32,000 nt of DNA, taken from contig JBJLBP010000001.1 of NCBI GenBank assembly GCA_045568075.1, positions 1,290,001 through 1,322,000 of the forward strand, given 5' to 3'. The first letter of the stretch is position 1, and the number at the start of each line of letters is the position of its first letter. Origin of the DNA: Candidatus Thalassarchaeaceae archaeon (GTDB lineage: Archaea > Thermoplasmatota > Poseidoniia > Poseidoniales > Thalassarchaeaceae). The position numbers and the translations under genes were made by a program. The notes under the pieces are model-generated. The model saw only the letters and a list, made by a program, of their open reading frames with translations, ran no database searches and was not told the DNA's origin. This document shows, piece after piece, positions 7,960 to 16,240 of this stretch.

Positions 7960-9675
7960 TCAAGCAACTCCTGCGTGTTCGTATTCTGCCGCAAAGACAT
8001 CGAATGCATCCTGAACATCCGAGACGACCTTTGTCCTATCTGTATGATGGCAAGCGGCGAAATGACCCGGCTCTATTTCCACCATCGGTGGAGGTGTAGA
8101 GATGCATTTCTCATTCGCGAATGGGCATCGAGGGTGGAATCGACATCCGTCGAAATGCTGGTTGGGATCAGGGACCTGTCCTGGAATAATCGGAAGTGTT
8201 TCACGCTCAGCCAAACCAGTTGTGATTCGAGGAATGCTGTGGAGCAGACCTATCGAATACGGCATTCTCGGACGAGAGAGAACTTGTTCAAGACTGCCGG
8301 TCTCGACTACAGAACCGGCATACATCACCGTCACAGCATCGCAAAGTTCAGCGATGACGCCAAGGTCGTGAGTAATCAGAAGAATCGCTGTGCCTTTCTC
8401 ATCCCTGAGATTACGCATCAATTTCAGAATCTGTGCCTGAATTGTCACATCTAGCGCTGTGGTAGGTTCGTCGGCGATGAGAAGTTTAGGTTCGCATGCC
8501 ATCATCATCGCGATCATGACTCTCTGACGCATTCCACCCGACAACTCGTGAGGATACATCTTGACAACAGCAGTAGGATTCGGAATCTGTACGTCTTCGA
8601 GGATTTCGACAACCTGTCGTCGGTGTGCAGGGTCGAGCCGAAGATAATCCTGGAGCATGATGGCAGGAAGAGCGAGGAGTGTGCAGATGACGAGCATCCC
8701 CATTAGTGCCGAGAATGGCATCCATAACATCAGGAAGATAATCAGTGAAGCTGCAACTCCGAGAGGCATGCTCGAAAGGAGAAAGTATGCTGGATGAATT
8801 ATCGGTGAGACTCCAATCGATTCCCCTCCGATTTCCGCGGATTCTTGGAATGAAATATGATTAAAGTCGTTTTCTGAATCGGAATTCAACATTCGAGAGC
8901 GTATGTATTCAAAGAGGGGGATCAATAGTATGAGTCCAAAGGAGTAAATCTTCAAATCCCCTGCAAAACCTGTTCGATGAGCAATTATGACAAAGGTAAG
9001 AGTCAGAAGAATAGAGAGCGAAGGCAATGTCCTCGTGAACAGTGATTCGAAAATCAATCGAACAGGAGTCGTCAATGCCTGCCCCGCTCTTCGAAGATTG
9101 GAGACCTCAGGAACTACGAGGCGATCGTGTTCCTTCATCACCTCAGAGACTTGTTTCTCAATCGTGTAAAGTGGATTCAACGCCGTCATTGGCTCTTGGA
9201 AAATCATACTAATCTCGTTTCCACGAATCCACCGCATGAAATTTGTATGCTTGCGTGAGCCCGATTTCTGGAAGAAGCCGAATAGCCAAGACAGCCCTCC
9301 AACCAAACTCAGAGTTGCAACCATTGTTACACCCTGAACCGGTTCAATCAGAATCCAGATTGAAGTGACGACTGCCGCGAGGACTGAAAGTGCCGTAATC
9401 GAGGATGAGATGTTGATATTACGCTGAATATGCGGAGGATCGCGATGAAGCAATTCAGTGCCTTGGTACTTGACACTCCCCTCATCTACGTCGCAGGTGG
9501 CCAGTCCAATCGTCACCAAGGAAGTAACCGATTTTCCGCAACCAGATTCACCTACCAGACCCATGATTTCGCCATTACCCACTGAGAGATCTACAGAGTG
9601 AAGAGCCTCGACGGGACCATCCAGAGTATCGAAGTGAACCCGAAGGTTCTCGATGCTAAGAATATCATCTGCCAC
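7960..9675 (-). CDS. Peptide ABC transporter ATP-binding protein, OppD/DppD type, with two hydrophobic insertions (2 + 4 predicted TM helices)
   Basis: Walker A GESGCGKSV, Q-loop ISMIFQEPMTALNP, signature LSGGMRQRVMIAMMMA, Walker B LLIADEPTTALD, H-loop ITHDLG and C-terminal CRFHPRCP. At 571 aa it is far longer than the ~330 aa usual for this family. The extra length is two hydrophobic blocks at aa ~83-145 and ~195-345. Confidence 0.85.
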   Translation of the reverse strand: MADDILSIENLRVHFDTLDGPVEALHSVDLSVGNGEIMGLVGESGCGKSVTSLVTIGLATCDVDEGSVKYQGTELLHRDPPHIQRNINISSSITALSVLAAVVTSIWILIEPVQGVTMVATLSLVGGLSWLFGFFQKSGSRKHTNFMRWIRGNEISMIFQEPMTALNPLYTIEKQVSEVMKEHDRLVVPEVSNLRRAGQALTTPVRLIFESLFTRTLPSLSILLTLTFVIIAHRTGFAGDLKIYSFGLILLIPLFEYIRSRMLNSDSENDFNHISFQESAEIGGESIGVSPIIHPAYFLLSSMPLGVAASLIIFLMLWMPFSALMGMLVICTLLALPAIMLQDYLRLDPAHRRQVVEILEDVQIPNPTAVVKMYPHELSGGMRQRVMIAMMMACEPKLLIADEPTTALDVTIQAQILKLMRNLRDEKGTAILLITHDLGVIAELCDAVTVMYAGSVVETGSLEQVLSRPRMPYSIGLLHSIPRITTGLAERETLPIIPGQVPDPNQHFDGCRFHPRCPFANEKCISTPPPMVEIEPGHFAACHHTDRTKVVSDVQDAFDVFAAEYEHAGVA

Positions 9676-9680
9676 GATTT

Positions 9681-11432
9681 CTACCTCCTATTCTTTGGAT
9701 CAACAACATCCCTCAAACCGTCGCCGAGAAGATTGAATCCGAGAGTCGTCACTGCAATCGCAATCCCGGGGAAGAACATCAGATGAGGGTCATCGAGAAA
9801 GAATTGGCGACTCTCGGAGACAAGAATTCCCCATTCCGCAGTTCCAGGTGCCGCTCCGAGGCCGATGAAAGAGAGGCCAGAAGCAGAGAGAATTGTCCCG
9901 CCAATATCGAGGGTGAATGCTACGAGGAGAGGCGCCCAAGCATTGGGTAGAATGTGTCGGAACATGATTCGTCCAGATGGTGCTCCAACGCTGCGGGCAG
10001 CCTCAACGAAAGTCATCTCCTTGACGTAGAGAACTTGGCCTCGAATCAGACGAGCATATCCTGGCCAGCCAGTGAAGATTAGAGCGGCTTGGATCTTCCA
10101 AAGTCTGTCGAAATCCTTGATTACGACAATATCATCCCCGACGGTCCCTGAATAATTCATCAGAATCACTGCAGCGATGAATATCGCAATAGTCCTCAGA
10201 GAGAGATATCGCCACGGATTGGTCCAGTCGAAGAAAGCGCGGAATCTTGGTGCCGCTTCGTCAAATGATGCGTTCTCGATAAACTTCTGATCTAAAATCC
10301 AGAGCCCCGATAGAGCCAAAATCAGTCCCAAGGAAACCGCAGTTCTTGACGAACCCGATTCGAAATTACCGAACAGCTCGGGCCAAAGCGGCACGCCTGA
10401 TATTCCTAGCAGGAAAAAGATGAGAATGATCCCGTAGAAAAATCCTCGATTGCTCTTTAGGAAATTGAAAGTTTGTGAATCCTTAGAGAGAATCAGCGTC
10501 GACTTCAGACTATCCTTGAAGACCATCCAAAGGAAAATTATCGGAATCAGAACCCCCAACCACACCGGCATCGTCAGACTCGTCATGGCCGACATCGCAG
10601 TCACGAAAGCCATGGCGAGAATTAATCCAGGAACTGCGAAGAAGATGTCACATATCCTCATGATGACCTCGTCAACGCGACCACCGTAGTAGCCGCTGAT
10701 GCTGCCGACTATTGTGCCGAGAGTCACAGTCAGCATAGCGACAGTGATACCGATTTTGAGTGAAACTCGAGAACCGTAGAGGACCTTGCTGAACATATCC
10801 TGACCCTGATTATTTGTGCCAAAGATGCAGACGTCGTATCCATCTGGCATCCACCAGTGATGCATGGCTGAATTATCAAATTCATAGGTCAGCCAAACCG
10901 TCGTCAATGACATATTATCATACATCTCCTGAGAGATTACGAGGATGGAAGAATTGGCAGAGTCAATTGAAATCAATGATGTGTCCAATTCACCGCCGAC
11001 ATTATCCTCGAGACTGATGAATTCTATGACAGAAAGAGTGTCTCGATAGTAGCGATTGTCGGAGCCGACCTTGTCGTCGGATTCAGCGACCACGGTCATC
11101 ACATTGTCCCTACGCAATTTGGTGAGAGAGATGGATTGTTCATGCCAATCACATTCCTCGGAGAAAGGATGTGCTCGGCGTGGTTCGTAATCGATGGACC
11201 AAAGGTCCTCAGTGTCCTGGAGATTGCGGTAGGGGTGTTCGACAGCGATATCGTCGGCAAAGATCGAGACCGTCGATACGAAGATCACCATACTAAGGCC
11301 GACGACAGCTAACAGAGACCTTCGGTAGACCTTCCAATTACGACTCATATCGGTCCCAAACTGACGCAGACCCTCATCCAGCCTCCTAACGCTCTCCTTG
11401 CGATCAGCAGCTCCATCGGGCCAGCGCTTCAT
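9681..11432 (-). CDS. Peptide ABC transporter permease, OppC/DppC type, with long extracytoplasmic loop and inserted 4-TM block
   Basis: 583-aa ORF. The C-terminal core carries the EAA-like motif FVEAARSVGAPSGRIMFRHILPN and the GDGLRDVVDP tail. The N-terminus has one TM, then a ~150-aa hydrophilic loop. An extra hydrophobic block spans aa ~285-445. ATGA overlap with the OppB-like gene at 11429-11432. Confidence 0.85.
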   Translation of the reverse strand: MKRWPDGAADRKESVRRLDEGLRQFGTDMSRNWKVYRRSLLAVVGLSMVIFVSTVSIFADDIAVEHPYRNLQDTEDLWSIDYEPRRAHPFSEECDWHEQSISLTKLRRDNVMTVVAESDDKVGSDNRYYRDTLSVIEFISLEDNVGGELDTSLISIDSANSSILVISQEMYDNMSLTTVWLTYEFDNSAMHHWWMPDGYDVCIFGTNNQGQDMFSKVLYGSRVSLKIGITVAMLTVTLGTIVGSISGYYGGRVDEVIMRICDIFFAVPGLILAMAFVTAMSAMTSLTMPVWLGVLIPIIFLWMVFKDSLKSTLILSKDSQTFNFLKSNRGFFYGIILIFFLLGISGVPLWPELFGNFESGSSRTAVSLGLILALSGLWILDQKFIENASFDEAAPRFRAFFDWTNPWRYLSLRTIAIFIAAVILMNYSGTVGDDIVVIKDFDRLWKIQAALIFTGWPGYARLIRGQVLYVKEMTFVEAARSVGAPSGRIMFRHILPNAWAPLLVAFTLDIGGTILSASGLSFIGLGAAPGTAEWGILVSESRQFFLDDPHLMFFPGIAIAVTTLGFNLLGDGLRDVVDPKNRR

Positions 11433-12871
11433 TCCAATCTCACCCTTGGATCGACTACTGCATACATGATGTCAACAACGAGATTGGAGAGGAGGAAAAT
11501 GACCGAAGTGATGAGAGTCACTCCCATGATGACTGTGAAATCGAGATATTGAATGGAGGTCACAGCAACCCTTCCCATTCCATTGAAGGCGAAGATGGTC
11601 TCAGTGAGAACTGCTCCACCTATCGCTCCTCCAATCGAGAAACCAAGGATAGTGACGATAGGGACCAGAGCGTTTCGGCAGGCGTGAACGATTATCACGC
11701 GCCATTCCGCAAGCCCCTTCGCTCGTGCGGTTCGGACGTAATCCTCGTTCAGAACCTCGAGAAGACTCGCTCGCATGTATCTGAGAAGGCCTCCTGCGGA
11801 GGCAACACCGAGTGCGGTGCAGGGCAGAACGAGGTGGAGAATCGTGTCCTTGAACAGGAGTCTTCGGGAACCATATTCGTCAGGAAGAGCGGCCAGCTGC
11901 TCATCAGAGGCAAACCAACTGTCAACCAGATGGAATCCGGTTCCACCGTCAGGATAAGGGATTGAGAGATCTAAGAAAGTCCCGTCTAAGAAAGGAATCA
12001 GAGTGCTAAGAGTGATTCCGAATCCTTCCTCAGGGAATGAGAACCCTGGATCGTGCCTTCCGTAGATAGGGAAACAACCACCATCAGTGCCAAAAATTGG
12101 ATCACATATCCCTGAATTATCAGGGCCTGTGGCGAAGAATAATTGCAGGACCATCGCGAACCAGAAAATAGGCAGACTGACGAATGCGATAGCGAGGAAT
12201 CTCGATAAATGGTCGAACATCTTGTCCTGTCGAACCGCACTGACGATTCCCAGAATTATTCCTAATGGGTATGCAATAGCCAGTGCGAGGAATGACATCT
12301 CAAGAGTAATTGGTGCAGCGTCCTTTACAACATCGATTACAGGTCGGTGGTAAGTGATCGATTCTCCCCAATCTCCTTCCAAAAGATGTTCGATGTATTT
12401 GAAAAATTGAACGGGTACCGGCTCATTCATCCCCATTCGTTCTCGATTCGCTTCATAAGCTGAAATCTGGACATAGTAACTGACTACTGTACCCTCAGCC
12501 GCGTCCTCGTCTATTCCGCTGATTCCGGTCAATCGGTCACCATTCTTGCCAGACCATCTGAACGAATCTTCGCCGATGAGGCCAGTTCCTCCTTGATCTG
12601 AAAATGCCGAGGCATCGACTAGAGTGATTTGCTTCACTCCACTCGAGATACCTTCGGAGAGAGTATACAATTCACCTTCATCTGTGTAGGATTCTCCTGA
12701 TGACCCATTCTCATAGTAAGTATTGATGATAACTCCGCACTTGTCACCGCACTGAGCGGCAGCTGGATCAGCAGGAATAACGTGAGCGATTGCGAAGGTG
12801 AATACAGCAACACCCACCATGACGGGAACGAGTAAAATCAAGCGACGAACTATGAATTCGTGTAATTTCAC
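11429..12871 (-). CDS. Peptide ABC transporter permease, OppB/DppB type, with enlarged external loops
   Basis: 480-aa ORF. N-terminal FIVRRLILLVPVMVGVAVFTF, then YVRTARAKGLAEWRVIIVHACRNALVPIVT (EAA loop) and C-terminal YAVVDPRVR. Two hydrophilic insertions sit at aa ~40-140 and ~255-335. Confidence 0.85.
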   Translation of the reverse strand: MKLHEFIVRRLILLVPVMVGVAVFTFAIAHVIPADPAAAQCGDKCGVIINTYYENGSSGESYTDEGELYTLSEGISSGVKQITLVDASAFSDQGGTGLIGEDSFRWSGKNGDRLTGISGIDEDAAEGTVVSYYVQISAYEANRERMGMNEPVPVQFFKYIEHLLEGDWGESITYHRPVIDVVKDAAPITLEMSFLALAIAYPLGIILGIVSAVRQDKMFDHLSRFLAIAFVSLPIFWFAMVLQLFFATGPDNSGICDPIFGTDGGCFPIYGRHDPGFSFPEEGFGITLSTLIPFLDGTFLDLSIPYPDGGTGFHLVDSWFASDEQLAALPDEYGSRRLLFKDTILHLVLPCTALGVASAGGLLRYMRASLLEVLNEDYVRTARAKGLAEWRVIIVHACRNALVPIVTILGFSIGGAIGGAVLTETIFAFNGMGRVAVTSIQYLDFTVIMGVTLITSVIFLLSNLVVDIMYAVVDPRVRLE

Positions 12872-12960
12872 AATGAGTCCCCCGCATGGGCGTCGCTAAG
12901 ACAGTTCTATCACGATTGCCTTCGGCATTTCAGCAGAAGACGAATGAAAAGTTGACGGCG

Positions 12961-12992
12961 CGACGGCAGCCACCCGGAGGTGGCTGCCGTCG
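12961..12992 (-). terminator. Perfect 14-bp stem / 4-nt loop hairpin between the binding-protein gene and the permease genes (intercistronic attenuator/stabiliser or terminator)
   Basis: cgacggcagccacc-cgga-ggtggctgccgtcg at 12961-12992. It sits 26 nt downstream of the binding-protein stop (13018) and 90 nt upstream of the OppB-like start (12871). Confidence 0.4.
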
Positions 12993-13017
12993 GCCTTACG
13001 TCGTCACGGTGTTATCT

Positions 13018-15198
13018 TCAGCAAGAGCCTACGAGCTCACCGTTGACCATCGGTAGCTTGTCGTAGTCGAACCAGTGGGCCGACCCGATCGCAGCGTATG
13101 GTGGGCTGCAGATGTCGTCGTGCTTGACGCCGACACCGTTGTACTGTCCGATGATAATCATGTTCGGGTCCTGAGTCCAGGCCGCGAATGCGTCGACATA
13201 CGCCTGGCGGCGAGTGTCGTCATCCTGTGAGGTCCTTCCGATAACCAAAGCCTCGTTCACAGCCTGGTTCTCGTATCCTGATCCATAGGCGTCTCCGCCA
13301 ATGGAGTGCCCGCCAGCGAATGGCGACCAGTAGTTATCAGGGTCGAGGTAGTCAGGTGCCCATCCGCTGAAGCGGATGTCCCATGTGCGGGTGTAGTACA
13401 TTGTTAGGTACTCAGCCCATGGCTTTGCATCGCCCTGTGTGGCGATTCCGAGAGTTCCTAGAGCCTCGTTGAGTTGAGAGGACATTGCGATACGGTAGTC
13501 GTTACCCTCGTTCGCCATTACTCGGAGAACGTTTGGTAGACGGCACTCGTCGCCAGTCCTGTCAGCCTCTGCGACGACAGTTGGTGCTTCCGCGTGAGTA
13601 AGCGAGTCACACTCGTACTGGCGGATGAATCCTGCGTCATCAAGCAGCTGTGCTGCGTGGTCAAGGTCGTAGGTGAAGGTCTCAGTCTGGGTGTCCGCAT
13701 ACAGGAATCCGGTTGGGATTGGACCGTACTGAGGTGCCAGAGAGTTGTCGTAGGTGTCCCTGCGGTGCGTCTCGTAGTCGAACGCGTATGCGACTGCTGT
13801 GCGCAGTGCAGCGGTCTCCATGACGTTGCAATCGTTGGTGCCATCGCCATCGCAGTCGTGGTTAATCACGAGCGTGGAGTTAGCATCAGTGTTCGAGGTG
13901 TCCTCACCAGCGTCTAGTGCCTTCGGGTGGAGGTTGAAGACAGACAGAGTTGTGGTGAAGGTCTCTCGGTAACTGCAGATGTATCCATCCTTGGACTGCA
14001 CATTTGGCTTGTCCTCGAGGTTGTCACAGAAGTTGACGAGATGCTCGATGTTGATGCTACCGAAGTCGACCTCACCGTCGGTGAAAGCCAGAAGACGGGT
14101 CGATGCCTCAGTAACGATCGAGACTGTGTGGCGGTTGATGTTGTAGTCGCCACTCTCCCAGTACATCCAGTTAGGGACGAGAACTAGGCGGTCCTCACGG
14201 ACCCAGGTCTGAACTGTGTAAGCGTTGGTACCAGCACCCATAGGGCCCTCGTCCATCCACTCGTGGCAGTAGTCATCGTTCTCGCCGCCCGCGTCGACGC
14301 GGTTAGCCTCACAGAGGTCTGCGTTGATGACAGCGCCGACTGTGTAAGCGATCGTCGAGATGAAAGCCGACGATGGAGCGAACAATGTGACGGAGAACGA
14401 AGTATCGCTGATGACCGAGAAGCTTGCGCCACCCATGTCATCGTGGTTACCGTCTGCGTCATTGCAGTCGAAGCTCTGCTCGAGAATCCATCCGACGTGA
14501 CTGTCAGGAGATCCGTATCCAAGAACACGGCACCATGAGTAGACAACATCTGATGCGTCCATCTTGTCACCGTTGCTGAAGTACACATCGTCGCGTAGCG
14601 TGAATGTGTAGGTCAATCCGTCATCACTTACTGAGTAGCCAGTAGCGAGGCGAGCCTCGATGATTGCGTTTCCAGTACCGTCGCCCGCGTAGCGGTAGAG
14701 GGTATCGTAAACCTGCTCAATGACATCGCCAGAAGCCGAGTCGTAAGCATCGTGTGGGTCGATGGTTGAGGCGTCTCCAATAGACATCTCAACAATCTCG
14801 CACGGGTTGTTGGAACCCTGCTCACGGCACTTCCTCGAAACTTCAAGTTCGTAGGAAGCCTGCCCGAAGTCGATCGTTCCAGCCGCGTAGTCTGCCATAA
14901 TATCGGCATGTGAGCGACCGTAATCACAGGAAGCGTCATCGGCCTCAGCAGCAGCGTTGTGGTTATTCGCAGCTGGGTCGGTGCATCCCATTACCGGTTC
15001 GGGTTCGGGCTCAGGTTCTGCATAAGTGCAGGATCCATCATCCTTGGTGGCGTCGGCGTTGTAATTGGTCGCATCTGCATAGGTGCATCCCATCACGTCA
15101 TCGTCGCCGCCGTCATCGTCGCTCCCGCCGAGACACCCGGCGAGTGCAGACGCAATCATCAGCGTACACATCAATAAGGCTCTTGTCTTAGAGTCCAT
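13018..15198 (-). CDS. Peptide ABC transporter substrate-binding protein (family 5, OppA/DppA-like), lipobox-type signal, N-terminal Cys-motif repeats
   Basis: 726-aa ORF. Signal peptide MDSKTRALLMCTLMIASALAGC, then an acidic linker, two copies of a GCT..A.N.N..A..DD.SC.Y module separated by (EP)4, then an SBP_bac_5-like body (WAPDYLDPDNYW near the C-terminus). First gene of the operon. Confidence 0.85.
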   Translation of the reverse strand: MDSKTRALLMCTLMIASALAGCLGGSDDDGGDDDVMGCTYADATNYNADATKDDGSCTYAEPEPEPEPVMGCTDPAANNHNAAAEADDASCDYGRSHADIMADYAAGTIDFGQASYELEVSRKCREQGSNNPCEIVEMSIGDASTIDPHDAYDSASGDVIEQVYDTLYRYAGDGTGNAIIEARLATGYSVSDDGLTYTFTLRDDVYFSNGDKMDASDVVYSWCRVLGYGSPDSHVGWILEQSFDCNDADGNHDDMGGASFSVISDTSFSVTLFAPSSAFISTIAYTVGAVINADLCEANRVDAGGENDDYCHEWMDEGPMGAGTNAYTVQTWVREDRLVLVPNWMYWESGDYNINRHTVSIVTEASTRLLAFTDGEVDFGSINIEHLVNFCDNLEDKPNVQSKDGYICSYRETFTTTLSVFNLHPKALDAGEDTSNTDANSTLVINHDCDGDGTNDCNVMETAALRTAVAYAFDYETHRRDTYDNSLAPQYGPIPTGFLYADTQTETFTYDLDHAAQLLDDAGFIRQYECDSLTHAEAPTVVAEADRTGDECRLPNVLRVMANEGNDYRIAMSSQLNEALGTLGIATQGDAKPWAEYLTMYYTRTWDIRFSGWAPDYLDPDNYWSPFAGGHSIGGDAYGSGYENQAVNEALVIGRTSQDDDTRRQAYVDAFAAWTQDPNMIIIGQYNGVGVKHDDICSPPYAAIGSAHWFDYDKLPMVNGELVGSC

Positions 15199-15220
15199 CC
15201 TTCGGTTCCACGCTTAGGTT

Positions 15221-15230
15221 CGTATATAGA
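15221..15230 (-). promoter_or_regulatory. TATA-like box for the peptide ABC operon (short or absent leader)
   Basis: The minus strand reads tctatatacg, 23-32 nt upstream of the ATG at 15198, within the AT-rich 272-bp intergenic region. Confidence 0.35.
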
Positions 15231-15402
15231 ACCACCCTATTTTGATTGTCTTTTTGTTGATTTGAGTTGTTGGTGAACGTGATACTTTCCGACTTACAAG
15301 CACGGAAATTTGGAAAATTCAACCTCAAAATTACCGTTATCCGGTCAATCGGACGAATAAAGCCATAACAAGAGTTACACGAAGATATCTTCGATTGACA
15401 TG

Positions 15403-15440
15403 AAAAAAAGAAAAATAATAATCTTGAAAAACATGTGATT
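15403..15440 (-). terminator. Oligo-T tract downstream of tRNA-Ala (archaeal-type terminator)
   Basis: The minus strand reads tgtttttcaagattattatttttcttttttt, beginning about 30 nt after the tRNA 3' end. Confidence 0.35.
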
Positions 15441-15470
15441 CGATTGAAGGCTGACACCACTATTTCTGAC

Positions 15471-15547
15471 TGGTGGACGTGCCGAGATTTGAACTCGGGG
15501 CCTCTTCCATGCCAAGGAAGCGCGCTTCCAAGCTGCGCCACACGCCC
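15471..15547 (-). tRNA. tRNA-Ala (anticodon GGC), CCA encoded
   Basis: Minus strand: GGGCGTGTGGCGCAGCTTGGAAGCGCGCTTCCTTGGCATGGAAGAGGCCCCGAGTTCAAATCTCGGCACGTCCACCA. It folds by hand into a cloverleaf: acceptor GGGCGTG/CACGTCC with the G3:U70 alanine identity pair, D stem GCGC/GCGC, anticodon stem CTTCC/GGAAG, loop TTGGCAT, T arm CCGAG-TTCAAAT-CTCGG. Confidence 0.9.
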
Positions 15548-15572
15548 AGTGAGCCGGCGACCTGCGACGGCC

Positions 15573-15578
15573 ATTTAA
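15573..15578 (-). promoter_or_regulatory. TATA-like box (TTAAAT) for tRNA-Ala
   Basis: The minus strand reads ccTTAAATgg, 26-31 nt upstream of the tRNA 5' end. It sits in the 53-nt gap shared with the divergent SprT-like gene. Confidence 0.4.
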
Positions 15579-15600
15579 GGAGAACTGAGCAGGCTCGCCC

Positions 15601-16155
15601 ATGTCTGAAGGGCGAGGCTCAGTAAAGCCGGAGGGGCCGCCTCGACTGCCGGATGGAATCCTTGAGGAACTCTCATCGCGACTTACGCGCGATGAAGCCC
15701 CATTCCTTCGCTACTTACCTAAGCAACTCTCTCTCGAATGGGCGGAATCAACAGAAAATAGACTTGGCTTCACTAGATTCGAATGTGACCATCATGAGCT
15801 TTTCAGACGTCGAAGACTCAGAGGTTCGCCAGGGCCAGTAACCGTCGCACTTCATCCACGCCTCATCTCCGACGAGAAACTCTTTCGCCACACTCTCGTA
15901 CACGAATTGCTACACGCAGCGGGACTCATCGACCACGGCAACCGGCACTCTGATCTCGTCAAGGAAATCTCACCGGCTCCAAAACTCGCTGAATCACCAG
16001 TCCTACGAGGCATGCGCGAAGAAGTCCTAGCCGGATTGCCGGAGCGCTCGTGGATCTGTGGCGAGTGTGGGCATACTTGGGAGCGCCGCCGAGTCTCTAT
16101 ACCGCAACGTTGCCCCAAGTGCGCACGGCCGTTCAAAGGGAAATCTGAATCCTGA
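15601..16155 (+). CDS. SprT-like zinc metalloprotease with C-terminal zinc ribbon
   Basis: 184-aa ORF with HExxH in TLVHELLHAAGLIDHG and a C-terminal CGECGH-x14-CPKC ribbon. Size and layout match SprT/Wss1-like proteins. Confidence 0.6.
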   Translation: MSEGRGSVKPEGPPRLPDGILEELSSRLTRDEAPFLRYLPKQLSLEWAESTENRLGFTRFECDHHELFRRRRLRGSPGPVTVALHPRLISDEKLFRHTLVHELLHAAGLIDHGNRHSDLVKEISPAPKLAESPVLRGMREEVLAGLPERSWICGECGHTWERRRVSIPQRCPKCARPFKGKSES

Positions 16156-16240
16156 GGATCTCTTTGAACGTCTGAAAGGTCTTGATTGCAAGATGTCGCC
16201 GACACAATCACCATGAACTCGTGGCCTACAAGATAGTCTC

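Noticed and set aside
7959-8018. 59-nt overlap between the OppD-like and OppF-like genes implied by the track ORF
   Set aside because: An internal ATG at 7958 with an AGGAG 9 nt upstream gives a normal-length OppF N-terminus and removes the overlap. The longer start is probably just an upstream in-frame Met.
14995-15018. Tandem hexanucleotide-like repeat cggttcgggttcgggctcaggttc
   Set aside because: It is in frame within the binding-protein gene and encodes the EPEPEPEP linker. It is not a CRISPR array, a microsatellite or a mobile-element feature.
13518-15191. Series of 70-134-aa alternative-frame and antisense ORFs inside the binding-protein gene, and similar ones in sucD (26785..27288) and the glt genes (3469..3996)
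   Set aside because: These are typical long spurious ORFs in GC-rich coding DNA. The sequences are low-complexity (Arg/Ser/Thr/Pro-rich), while the overlapping main frames have strong family motifs.
15188-15602. Two minus-strand ORFs (128 aa and 75 aa) in the AT-rich spacer
   Set aside because: They run straight through tRNA-Ala(GGC) and the low-complexity promoter/terminator region. These are non-coding artefacts.
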